DNA of 63,875 nt, the filler included, from Octopus bimaculoides (Eukaryota): assembly GCF_001194135.2 (NCBI RefSeq). It is 4 parts of 4 records of this genome, joined end to end, with 100 filler letters (N's around TTAATTAATTAA, not from the genome) between each part and the next. Parts side by side here need not be neighbours in the genome. Positions count along the whole stretch, not along the records: positions 1 to 21,010 come from NC_068999.1; 3 more parts are not named here. One strand, written 5' to 3'. Positions within the stretch are counted from its first letter, which is position 1. Each line of letters opens with the position of its first letter. Below the pieces are notes generated by a model. The model searched no databases. It was not told where the DNA came from and was given only the letters and a program-made list of their open reading frames with translations. Both the position numbers and the translations under genes were made by a program. This document shows positions 1 to 11,410 of this stretch, in pieces.

Positions 1-103
1 GGAGTTTTCGCTTGTTGAAGGAAAATAACAACCAGTTAAATGTTTACAAGAGAACTAGTCACTAATGCCAAAAAGAATGGTCCAGTGCTAGTTATATTTG
101 CCA

Positions 104-350
104 TTGTCCTTGAGCAAGACACTTTATTTCGCGCTGCTCCAGTCCACTCAGCTGGCAAAAATGAGTTGTACCTGTAATTCAAAGGGGCCAGCCTTGTCAC
201 ATTCTGTGTCACACTGATTCTCCCTGAGAACTACATTAGGGGTACACGTGTCTGCGGAGTGCTCAGCCACTTGCACGTTAATTTCACAAGCAGGCTGTTC
301 CATTGATCGGACCGACTGAAACATTCGTCGTCGTAACCGACGGAGTGCCA
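104..350 (+). mobile_element. SINE family C (CORE-type central domain), 5'-truncated
   Basis: gtccttgagcaagacactttatttc...ccagtccactcagctggcaaaaatgag followed by a 3' module ending gtcgtaaccgacggagtgcca; near-identical copies at 2604, 6951 and 9534. Central part resembles the CORE domain known from octopus OR SINEs (from memory). Confidence 0.8.
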
Positions 351-671
351 GAATATCTATTATTTAATCCAACAGTTATCCTATGTAGGCATAGGAACGG
401 CTGTGGTGTTAAGAAACCCCCCCCCCCGATGTCTGAAGAATTATTTGTCGATTAACAATAACACAATGAGGAAATCTCTTACCTTTTCAATTCCTCCCGA
501 TCAATAATGACAAGCCATGTGTTATACTCCGAGACACTAAGATACCACTTCATCAAGGTAACGCTTTAGAGATTAACAGACCCGCTGGTATCTATATCGG
601 ATTATCGTGTGAATTATCAACTAGAGCTACCTTGGATTGCCTTTTAGGATTGCATCATTGGATCATATATA

Positions 672-701
672 TTGGGTTGTCCGGAAAGTTCGTGCCGATT
701 T
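672..701 (+). mobile_element. Solo mariner-like terminal inverted repeat
   Basis: TA then TTGGGTTGTCCGGAAAGTTCGTGCCGATTT, resembling mellifera/cecropia-type mariner TIRs (TTRGGTTGG...AAGT...GCGG.TTT). No partner TIR seen. Confidence 0.55.
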
Positions 702-1254
702 ATAGTAGCTTATTCTTCGACTTATTTGCCATGAAACCACCTCAATTCTGGGAAGAGGGTATATTCAATACTTTAAATTATACACGATACAGAAATTAAC
801 ACACGCGCACACACACATAGACAGACGGACACATACACACATGCCAGTACAAATATATACCAACACACAAAGGTGAACCGACGTGAGTTCGTGTTTTACC
901 ACCTAAAATCTTATCACATATAAATATAATATACATTTCATAGCATCTTGTAGTCACTCGCTCAGACATAAATAGCACCTAAATTGTTTTAAATAAGACG
1001 CAATGATCACGGCTGGAATGTCTGTGATTATAGATATACTCAATCAAGGCTGACTTGATGTTAAACAACATATGTTCCTATAAATAGGTGTTTTATTAAC
1101 AGCTGCTAACATCCTCCACTGATCGTAGTACCCCGGCAGGGGTACTACAAAGAAATTTAACAGGATATTATTGTGTGGAATATCATACTAGCGAATTCGA
1201 AGACTCAGTCTTCAACAATATGTCAGTGCGGTTTAATTACTGTCTTTATCTTTT

Positions 1255-1407
1255 ACTTGTTTCAGTCATTGGCCTGCGACCATACTGGGGCACCACCTAG
1301 AAGTTTTCACATCGGCAGAATTTAAACCCAAGACGTAACGGAGTCGAAGGAAATGCCGCTAAGTATTTTGTCGGGTGTGCTAACGACTCTGTCAGCTCAC
1401 CGTCTTA
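1255..1407 (-). mobile_element. Adjacent SINE fragments: family A 3' tail plus family B head
   Basis: tcttttacttgtttcagtcatt...ggggcaccacc is the reverse complement of the family A tail; it is followed by ...ccgctaagtattttgtcgggtgtgctaacgactctgtcagctcaccg, the reverse complement of the family B head. Confidence 0.65.
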
Positions 1408-2603
1408 ATAATAACAACAACAACAACAACAATAATAATAAATTTTGTCCCTCGGCTGGATTTGAAATCAGAACGTCAAAGGCCGGATAACAGTAAAAAG
1501 GGTACTGACAATTCACTAACCGCCCTTGTGATAATGATGATGATGATGATGATGATATGTTACAAATAAGAAGCCGCCNNNNNNNNNNNNNNNNNNNNNN
1601 NNNNNNNNNNNNNNNNNNNNNNNNNNNNNNNNNNNNNNNNNNNNNNNNNNNNNNNNNNNNNNNNNNNNNNNNNNNNNNNNNNNNNNNNNNNNNNNNNNNN
1701 NNNNNNNNNNNNNNNNNNNNNNNNNNNNNNNNNNNNNNNNNNNNNNNNNNNNNNNNNNNNNNNNNNNNNNNNNNNNNNNNNNNNNNNNNNNNNNNNNNNN
1801 NNNNNNNNNNNNNNNNNNNNNNNNNNNNNNNNNNNNNNNNNNNNNNNNNNNNNNNNNNNNNNNNNNNNNNNNNNNNNNNNNNNNNNNNNNNNNNNNNNNN
1901 NNNNNNNNNNNNNNNNNNNNNNNNNNNNNNNNNNNNNNNNNNNNNNNNNNNNNNNNNNNNNNNNNNNNNNNNNNNNNNNNNNNNNNNNNNNNNNNNNNNN
2001 NNNNNNNNNNNNNNNNNNNNNNNNNNNNNNTTTTTTTTGGTTGTTGTTGTTGCTGTTGTTCTATATATTATTTAGTTGGCGACTTTTACATCACATGTTT
2101 ATTGGTAGAAAATCTCTTTCTAAAGAGAAAAGAACATATATACCGTGTTTAAAAATACGGAGATAAGTTGTGATATTGTTGTTGTTGCAGATTAATTAGA
2201 AGTACAGACTGACTACTAAAGAAAAAAAAAAAAGAAAAAAAAAAAACGTCTCAATAAACTGCATTGAAATGTAAGTGGGCTACTTCTACAGAAAGTATAC
2301 TAACTGGAAGAACACGTTTCACAGACCGAACACAAAGTAATAACGTAATAAAAGCAACGAAAGAAAGATATTTATTTCCTGCGCACAACTTGGAATAATT
2401 AATGACGGTTTAACGACCTTTCGTAATTAGACGCATTAAATATAACGCGCACTCAAACACACACACACACACACATACATATTCATACACATGTATAAGT
2501 GAAGGAACGTGGTTTAGTGGTTACGATGTTATACTCAGGATCGTGGGATTGTGGGTTCGATACTTGAATCGGGAAGGAGCTTCATAGCTTTATCTCTTGT
2601 ATA

Positions 2604-2914
2604 GGGAAAGCGCGTGGTTAGTGGCTAGCGTATTCAGCTCCCGATCATAAGGTTGTGAGTTCGAAAACCGGCGGCGCGTTGTGTCCCTTCAGCAAGACAC
2701 TTTATTTTACGTTGCTCCAGACCACTCAGCGGGCAAAAACGAGTAGTACCTGTAATTAAAAGGACCAACCTTGTCACAATGAATCTCCCTGAGAACTACA
2801 TTAAGAGTATGCCAGTCTCTGGAGTACTCAGCCACTTGCACCTCAATTTCACGAGTAGACTATTCAGTTAATCGGATCAACTGGAACACACATCGTCGTA
2901 ACCGACGGAGTACC
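2604..2914 (+). mobile_element. SINE family C, near full length (extra tRNA-like head at 2501-2572)
   Basis: tRNA-like head with A box (tggttagtgg) and B box (agttcgaaaac), CORE-like domain, and tail ending gtcgtaaccgacggagtacc. Confidence 0.8.
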
Positions 2915-2973
2915 GATTTAAAAAAAATATATATACACGACGGACTTCTTTATATATATCTATATATATATCT

Positions 2974-3222
2974 TTTATTGCCACAGGGGGTTAAACATAG
3001 AGGGAACAAACAAGGACAAAGAGATTAAGTCGATTACATCGACCCCAGTGTTTAACTGGTACTTATTTAATCGACCCTGACAGGATGAAAATCAAAGTCG
3101 ACCCCGGTGGAATTTCGGGGTTGATAAAATAAGTACTAGTTGAGCACTAGTGTCGATGTAATTGGTTTAACCCCTTCCCCCCCAAATTGCTGGCCTTGTG
3201 CCAAAATTTGAAACAAATATTA
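2974..3222. mobile_element. Inverted pair of SINE family B fragments
   Basis: Minus copy 2974-3115 abuts plus copy 3116-3222; both share the motif ggggtcgataaaataagtaccagtt...ctggggtcgatgtaatcga. Confidence 0.75.
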
Positions 3223-4201
3223 TTGTTTATTAACACCTTACTAAGCAGAAGTATAGATTAGCAACACGGCACTGATTAGAATTACGAGCAAGAACACACA
3301 CACACACACACATACCTTCTGTAAAGACTATCAGGAACTAATGTATATTATAGCGTCGAGTAAATGGGAGGGAGGGGAAGGCTGAGGAAGAAGTGTTTGT
3401 AAAGTTACAGCAACAGAGAAGAGATCTGTTCATAATAAGAACACATTAAAAAACAACAAGCAAACAAAAAAATACACATTCCGTTGTTGTTAACACGCCT
3501 TTAGAACGAGAAGTAGTAAATCTAAAGCAGGAACTAGGACTTAGAGAGTTAGAACACCTTTCCGAGAGAGAGAGAGGCTGGGAGACTGCTGTAATTAAAG
3601 GATTGTAAGGAGAATGAGTGATATTCTGAAAGAAACCATTTTACGCAATCCGTGTCTGCTACTGCTTCTAATCCTTCCAATTAAAAGAAAAAAAAAAGAA
3701 AAAAAAGGCGTCGTTGAGGGAGTAATGATGTCGGTGGCGGTAGCGGTGGAAACGGAAACAAGATAGAAACGAAACGTTTTCTAATTTGAACGTTGTAAAT
3801 TAGGCGTCTGTTTATTTGAGTGAGCGAACTTGGTCGAATAGAAGATAAGATAAATAGCAACATCATGCGACAACACTGGCCATGTCATAGATAATTATAT
3901 CGTGTAACAATCAGCTTTGTGTTCGCCATACAAATAACGATATCACGTGTGGTTTGGCTGTGTTTTTCGCCCAAACTACTAGCTGAGTGTTGTAACAATC
4001 TCTCTCTCTCTCTCTCTCTCTCCCTCCCACTCTCTCTCTATCTCTCTTATGAACGATGACAACGTGTGACAGCAATTCCTTTATAGATCTTGTAATAGCG
4101 AAAACACCATGAATTGTAATTTTACCAATTACGAAGCGGATTTATTTATTGGCGTTTAGCTGATTAAATATTCCAATACTGCCGAGTACTGTAATGAGAG
4201 T

Positions 4202-4432
4202 CTAGTTTAGATAAGAAGGACTTTTGATTATTATATCTGTAATCGATCGATCCATCAATAGAGTCTTAATGGAGCTAAAAACTGACACAGGTGGTTGCCA
4301 CTCCGAGTTTTGACATTCCCATCTCTCAGAACCAGAGCGGAAACTAGAAAATTGGGAGTAGAGATTTGTGACACTTTCAGCGTCCAATAGAATCAAATAT
4401 CGAAATATTTTTAATACTGAGCATTCATTTTC
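4202..4432 (-). CDS. Candidate terminal coding exon, unidentified product
   Basis: tgttgcag acceptor, 76 open non-repetitive codons (ENECSVLKIFRYLILL...KSPSYLN*), AATAAA about 55 nt after the stop. No recognisable homology. Confidence 0.2.
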   Translation of the reverse strand, partial: ENECSVLKIFRYLILLDAESVTNLYSQFSSFRSGSERWECQNSEWQPPVSVFSSIKTLLMDRSITDIIIKSPSYLN

Positions 4433-4679
4433 CTGCAACACACACACACACACACACACCTTTGTGAGTATGTCTTTATGTCAAGTTTTATGTATATAAT
4501 TGTTATATATAAAAACAATTTAGTAGTGAACTGAATAAATACTTCGTAGAGTACATCAGTATTTTTTGTACCTCAGTCATCGCATTATGGCCATGCTGGG
4601 GCACCACCTTTTTCTTAAAAAAAAAAATTTTACAAGAGGTATAACAATGGCTTCGAAATTTCGGCCCGCTAGCCTTCAT

Positions 4680-4707
4680 CTGATGAAGGATATCAGACCG
4701 AAACGTC
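4680..4707 (+). ncRNA. Degenerate minimal hammerhead-like motif
   Basis: CTGATGA-A-GG-atatcaga-CC-GAAAC-GTC; only a 2-bp stem II and no stem I pairing. Confidence 0.4.
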
Positions 4708-4756
4708 TTATATTGTGTGTAAATGTATATGTACTTGCTTAAAATATTATATACGC

Positions 4757-4862
4757 AGGCGTGGCTGTGGTAAGAAGTTTGCTCCTCAACTATACGGTTT
4801 CTGGTTCAGTCCCACTGCGGGGCACCTTGGGCAAGTGTCTTCTAATATAGCCTCGGGCCGTG
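4757..4862 (+). mobile_element. SINE family A head fragment
   Basis: ggcgtggctgtggtaagaag...ggttcagtcccactgc...ttgggcaagtgtcttcta, matching the copy at 50774. Confidence 0.75.
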
Positions 4863-4879
4863 TCACAAACTGTGTACGT

Positions 4880-4984
4880 TACTTGAGACACCGTTTGTCA
4901 CATGAGACATTTTACGTTAAAAAGAAATTGTTCGTAAACCGATTTGCTCGTGATGAGAGACGTTCGTAAACCGAGGTTCCACTT
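4880..4984. mobile_element. Tigger/pogo-like MITE end
   Basis: Ends ttcgtaaaccgaggttccactt|TA, the reverse complement of a TA-CAGTGGAACCTCGGTTTACGAA-type TIR; subterminal ttcgtaaaccga repeated at 4931 and 4963. Confidence 0.55.
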
Positions 4985-5130
4985 TACATGTATGTTCACA
5001 TATAAAAGCGCGCACGAACAAAGTCTTGCGTATCACTTCACTTAGCCGTGTACCTGCGTGGGTACACGGAGACAAGTACGTACACAACACATACCAACAG
5101 AATGTGGACATATGATATAAGACCATGAGA

Positions 5131-5157
5131 TGACCTTCGGTTGACCTGACATGACCT
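5131..5157 (-). promoter_or_regulatory. Three perfect nuclear-receptor half-sites (AGGTCA-N4-AGGTCA-N5-AGGTCA)
   Basis: TGACCT at 5131, 5142 and 5152 with 5- and 4-nt spacers. The motif is seen directly; function is untested. Confidence 0.3.
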
Positions 5158-5425
5158 TACCGCTAGAAAGAAAACAACACACAGCTGGTGCTATTTATAT
5201 CCCCAATTAACAAACGCACCCTCATTATGAATTAGTTCTATTCACAAATTACTAGTATCTGCATAAATGCATATTCATAGGTTTACCTTGGAGTACAGTA
5301 ATAAAGCTGTTCTATATCTCTCAAACAATAAAATAATCGTTCTATATGTGTATGTGTGAGTATATATGTATATACGCGTGGGCGGGCGTGCGTGCACACA
5401 AACACACACAGATATTTATCTCTAT

Positions 5426-5768
5426 CTTTTGTTTCACTCATCTGATTACGGCCGTATTGGGGCACCGCCTTGACGAGTTTAGCCAAACAAATCAACCCTA
5501 GAACTTATCTGTTTAAGCCAGCTACTTACTCAATCGGTTTCTTTTGCCGAACCGCTAATTTACGAGGGCAAAGGCAAATACACACACACACACACATTTA
5601 TGCATACGATAGGCTTTTTTCAGTTTCCATCTACAAAGTTCACACAGAAGGCTTTGGTCGGTTCGGGATATAGTAGAAGACACTTCACCAAGGTACCACG
5701 CAGTAAGACTGAACTCAAGAGCGCGTGGTTGGGAAGCAAGCTTTCTAACCATACAACCACGCCTGCCT
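5426..5768 (-). mobile_element. SINE family A, diverged full-length copy
   Basis: Colinear reverse complement of the 50774-51180 copy: head, internal domain, CA microsatellite and tail. Confidence 0.75.
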
Positions 5769-6950
5769 CTATATAGTTTTTTTTTTTCATTATTAATTTT
5801 CATGTTAACTTTTGTAACTGTCCTCTATTTGTTTACTCTGCAGTGCTCAATGGCCATTACAAAACCTATAATTCTCCACAACAAATTTTTTGGATTACTC
5901 GAAGAAATACAGTCGTGTTTGGATATCAGAAAGCTTTAAACACCCTAACTACAGAGACTTGAGGATGATATATATACATAGGTGTGTGTGTATGTGTGTG
6001 TGTTTGTGTGTAGCAGATTTTTAATAAGTTCGACTTAATGAAGCTCCCAGTCGCGACATTTGACTGCTTTCACTCAACGGGGGAGCTCTAGTAACAACGG
6101 AAACAATTTCCTTGCACATATTTATAAAATTAGGGCAAATTACACTCAAGGTACGGTGGGAGCGGTAATGGTGGTGACGATAATAATGGTGGTGGTGGTG
6201 ATTGTGGTGTGTGTGTGTATGTGTGTGTGTATGGTACCAATGAACAATATATAAACACACATATATATACACGCCGACAAACAAGAAATAGCTACAGACA
6301 GTTGAATGTTACACCGTCAAAGTATTTCTGATTAGAGTTAAGAGTTTGTTTCGGGATTCAGAAGTTCAATATTCGTAGGCGAATAACGACCTGTTTTAAA
6401 AATCGGATATAAATGACAATAATTATACTGCTCTCTCTCTCTCTTATATATATATATATATATATNNNNNNNNNNNNNNNNNNNNNNNNNNNNNNNNNNN
6501 NNNNNNNNNNNNNNNNNNNNNNNNNNNNNNNNNNNNNNNNNNNNNNNNNNNNNNNNNNNNNNNNNNNNNNNNNNNNNNNNNNNNNNNNNNNNNNNNNNNN
6601 NNNNNNNNNNNNNNNNNNNNNNNNNNNNNNNNNNNNNNNNNNNNNNNNNNNNNNNNNNNNNNNNNNNNNNNNNNNNNNNNNNNNNNNNNNNNNNNNNNNN
6701 NNNNNNNNNNNNNNNNNNNNNNNNNNNNNNNNNNNNNNNNNNNNNNNNNNNNNNNNNNNNNNNNNNNNNNNNNNNNNNNNNNNNNNNNNNNNNNNNNNNN
6801 NNNNNNNNNNNNNNNNNNNNNNNNNNNNNNNNNNNNNNNNNNNNNNNNNNNNNNNNNNNNNNNNNNNNNNNNNNNNNNNNNNNNNNNNNNNNNNNNNNNN
6901 NNNNNNNNNNNNNNNNNNNNNNNNNNNNNNNNNNNNNNNNNNNNNNNNNN

Positions 6951-7203
6951 CTGCTGAACTCTTTCATCACAACTTTCTCTCACTCTTACTTCCTGTTTCT
7001 GTTGTGCCTGTAATTCAAAGGGTCAGCCTTGTCACACACTGTGTCGCGCTGAATATCCCCCGAGAACTACGTTAAGGGTACACGTGTCTGTGGAGTGCTC
7101 AGCCACATGCACGTTAATTTCACGAGCAGGCTGTTCCCTTGATCGGATCAACTGGAACCCTCGTCGTCGTAAGCGACGGAGTGCCAACAACAACAACAAC
7201 AAC
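6951..7203 (+). mobile_element. SINE family C 3' half with (CAA)n tail
   Basis: Matches 104-350; ends gacggagtgcca then caacaacaac. The 5' part lies in an N-gap. Confidence 0.8.
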
Positions 7204-7998
7204 TGCCATTCAACTAATTCACGCCTGTTGCTGCAGCATTAGTAGTCATACAGCTACATGCATAATCACGTATCCGGAATTGATACGTACGAACTTGGTG
7301 CATCGACCAGTAACTATGTAGTCTTTTTTTGAATGTCGACGCTTCTTCACTACTTACCGTTATCGGCTTGAAATGATCAAGTGTGGTTTGAGCGATTGCG
7401 GAATGCACTTTTTTTTCAAATAATTAAATAACCACGTAATTTGACAAGCGCTCTCATGGACATATTATGGCAGACGACAAAGTCTAACAAACTCAAAGGA
7501 AGTGCAATGATTCAAAATGAAAGTAAATCATAATCGTTTCATTGCACGTGCTTTCAATCGCTTCCCTTTATATAATGTCCGCCATTATATGTTTCATATA
7601 TATATCGTAAGATCGCCTTCTCTTTCGTTTGTAAACACACACACATACACACATGTGTTAATATATGTCTATTTCTATGTATATGTGTTGTTAATGAGCG
7701 AACACTTTACACAAAACACATGAAAGACGATAATTATTTACAAGTCGGGGATTAACAAATCCTTCGTAAACCCATGTTCTTTTTGCATTTATTTATTTTG
7801 ATTTATTTATTGTTTGTTTTTATATTCCTCTGCAACACGTAAAGGGAAAGGGAAAAAGAAAAAGATGGCAGATAAAAATATCAGCAATTTCTACATCCGG
7901 GTGACTGAAAGTAGGACAATGAATAAGGCGCGCCGGTAACATGTTATGTACTGTTGCCGCCATTCCCGTTAGACACACATGGCATTCAGCGAGAGAGA

Positions 7999-8041
<43 letters not shown>

Positions 8042-8557
8042 NNNNNNNNNNNNNNNNNNNNNNNNNNNNNNNNNNNNNNNNNNNNNNNNNNNNNNNNNNN
8101 NNNNNNNNNNNNNNNNNNNNNNNNNNNNNNNNNNNNNNNNNNNNNNNNNNNNNNNNNNNNNNNNNNNNNNNNNNNNNNNNNNNNNNNNNNNNNNNNNNNN
8201 NNNNNNNNNNNNNNNNNNNNNNNNNNNNNNNNNNNNNNNNNNNNNNNNNNNNNNNNNNNNNNNNNNNNNNNNNNNNNNNNNNNNNNNNNNNNNNNNNNNN
8301 NNNNNNNNNNNNNNNNNNNNNNNNNNNNNNNNNNNNNNNNNNNNNNNNNNNNNNNNNNNNNNNNNNNNNNNNNNNNNNNNNNNNNNNNNNNNNNNNNNNN
8401 NNNNNNNNNNNNNNNNNNNNNNNNNNNNNNNNNNNNNNNNNNNNNNNNNNNNNNNNNNNNNNNNNNNNNGTGTGTATGTTTATATATATATATATATATA
8501 TATATATTTCTCGCAACGATAAAAAAAAGTGGTATCCGTATATAAAATGATGAAAAA

Positions 8558-8604
<47 letters not shown>

Positions 8605-9067
8605 GAATTGGCACTACCAACCGATTTGGCACGATCACAAGGAATATGTTTCTATAAAGATGTTCTAAATACATAAGTGAGTCGATTGATATAAACACAT
8701 GCCAAAGAAACAGAAGGAGAGAGACAGAGAGTGGGGTGGGAAGGAAGAAGGAGGAACACGGAGAGGGAAGAGATCTTGAGATTAAGACACAGCAAGTCAG
8801 ACATAGAGCATATGCACCACAAGCACCTATGTCATGTGTGTTTGCATGTGTATGTGGATGTATGCGTGCGTGTGTGTTTGTATATGTATGTGGATGTATG
8901 TGCGCATGTATTGGTAACGAGCAAGCACGTATGCAGCAACAGCAACAATAACAAAAAAAAAAAAATATATATATATATATCCACAATTCTTGAGGCTTCA
9001 ATAATGTCAAGTTTATTAATAGCATATGTATTTATTTCCAGACAAACAGGGAAGCATTCCTGAGAAG

Positions 9068-9103
<36 letters not shown>

Positions 9104-9323
9104 GGGAGAGGGAGAAAGAAAAGGGGAGCGATGGGGATGGGAAGGGACAAAGAGATGGGGATTGAAATTTGTTTTTGCTGTCGTTACTAAATGCAGCAAC
9201 CAGCTGTTCTGTTCCGGCCTGGCGGCAACAACGAAGTTCCTCTTTATAATTTCTACAGATTTTTCATTATAAGGAAGTCAAGACTTCCAGTGATATCAGA
9301 GTTGTCTCGCATGTTATCCAATA

Positions 9324-9353
9324 CTGATGAGAGTATAAAGAGCTCGAAATGTA
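9324..9353 (+). ncRNA. Degenerate minimal hammerhead-like motif
   Basis: CTGATGA-GAG-tataaagag-CTC-GAAAT-GTA; C15.2 to T is consistent with CpG decay; stem I does not pair. Confidence 0.4.
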
Positions 9354-9533
9354 AACATCAGTCACTGGGAGCGGGGTGCTCTGAAATAACTTACGCGTTT
9401 TACACCTTTTGTCTAAAGCGAGAAATTTTCTCCATGGCAAACCACAATAAAAATGGCCTTTTTACAAATCAAATAAATGCTAAACATATTCGATCTGATG
9501 TAAAAGTTTGTAAATTCTATCCCTTTCAGAGGT

Positions 9534-9783
9534 CGTTGTGTCCTTGGGCAAGACACTTTATTCCAAGTTACTCCAGTCCACTCAGCGGGCAAAGATGAGT
9601 TGTACCTGTAAATCAAAGGTCTGCCTTGTCACATTCTGCGTCGCGCTGAATCTCCCCTGAGAACTACGTGAAGGGTACGCGTAACTGTGGAGTGCTCAGT
9701 CACTTGCACGTTCACTGCACGAGCAGACTGTTCCGTTGGTCGGATGAACTGGAATCCTCATCGTCGTAATCGACGGAGTGGCA
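9534..9783 (+). mobile_element. SINE family C, headless
   Basis: Colinear with 104-350. Confidence 0.8.
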
Positions 9784-9850
9784 TTTAAGTCGGACTGTGG
9801 CCAAATTCTTAGAAACTATTGCTCTACATCCGACCAATTGATTTCATGTT

Positions 9851-9888
<38 letters not shown>

Positions 9889-9949
9889 TGTAGTAGTAGT
9901 AGTAATAGTAGTAGTAGTAGTAGTAGCAGCAGCCAATAGCTGATTATTA

Positions 9950-10135
9950 TTTACAGTCAAGAGGTCCAGCCATCATCAGTAAGCAGTGGGAATATTCAAT
10001 AATTCACGAGTGTTTACCGTCAAGAGGTACAGTTACATTATCAAGCAGAGTGATAATAACCGATGAGTGTTTGCCGTTAAGAGGTACAGCTAAGTTAGTA
10101 GGCAGTGGGAGTATACAATAATTGATAGGTGTTAT
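9950..10135 (+). repeat. Degenerate ~60-bp tandem repeat, 3 copies
   Basis: Anchor gt(c/t)aagaggt(a/c)cag at 9956, 10019 and 10076. Confidence 0.6.
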
Positions 10136-11178
10136 TCTAGTTGTAATATTTGAACCTAGAAAGATCCGAGAAACCTGGAAAGTGCGGTCGAATTCAAGCG
10201 GAATTTGGCTTCTTTCGTTTTTATCCTTAAAAGCTTCATATTTCTACGCTTGAGTCTTCTACTAGAACTAGGTAGGGTCTCGACCTGCTAGACAGAACAG
10301 TCAAATACAGCTCCCTTAAATTACATCCTTCCGTCATACATAAAGATACGTTGGACAATGTAGTCATTGCCATACAAAGAGACGAGGTGGTCACGGCGGG
10401 AACGCCTATTTGATTCTAGGAGTTAATTAAATAACGACAGCAACATCAGCTAAACAAATTTCCCTATTTATAGATATATCTTTGATGAAAGAACATCCAG
10501 TTATTAAATGTTTATCTTTCAACATACACTGAGTTAATTAACAGAAAGCCAAAAAAAAAAAAAAAAGAAAGAAAGAAAAGGAAGGTTAGAACGAAATTAT
10601 TGAATGAGTCAGTGTTGATACGAAAATATTTAGAGTCATATAACAAAACGCCGGATCATTATTTCTCCAGATATGTTACACTTTTTAGAGGTTTCCATTA
10701 TATAAAAGGACCATTAACAAATTATTTAAGCGCAATTATCTTCTCTTATCATAATACTATAATGATGGCAAATTGTTGCAGTTTGCAGCGTTTTTCGCTG
10801 TCGTGTAGGAGGACATCACACGCTGTAATGAAAACATTCCAGTAAAAAGACAACAAGAAATAACAACAATAACGGCACGCTGCAGTTTATCGAAAAGGAT
10901 GTTGTGTATTTATGTCTGTTGTTATTGCTCTGCTAATTAGAAATAGTGGTAGTTATAAAGTTGTTTAAAAGACGAGGTGGTCACGGTTAGGATGTCTCTG
11001 ATCACGTGTCGACTTGATAACAGTTGTCTCAAACACCTTCCAATAATCATTTCTGCTACAGAGACTAAACCTGAAATTATTCTCTTTTTTTTTTAAATTT
11101 CTTTATTTCTTATTCTTTTTTTTTTTTGGTGGTCATAATGGCTACGCGATTACTTCGAGCCCCCCACCCCCACCCCTG

Positions 11179-11325
11179 CCAGTGCTCAACTGGTGCTTAT
11201 TTCACCGGAAGGACGAAAGGCAAAAGAGTTGATCTCGATGGAATTTGAACTCAGAACGAGAATACGGACGAAATGCCGCTAAGCATTTTATCCGGCGTGC
11301 TAATGATTCTGCCAACTCGCCACCC
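11179..11325 (-). mobile_element. SINE family B
   Basis: Reverse complement of ggcgagttggcagaatcattagcacgccgg...ctgagttcaaatt...ccagttgagcactgg. Confidence 0.75.
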
Positions 11326-11330
11326 TAATG

Positions 11331-11410
<80 letters not shown>

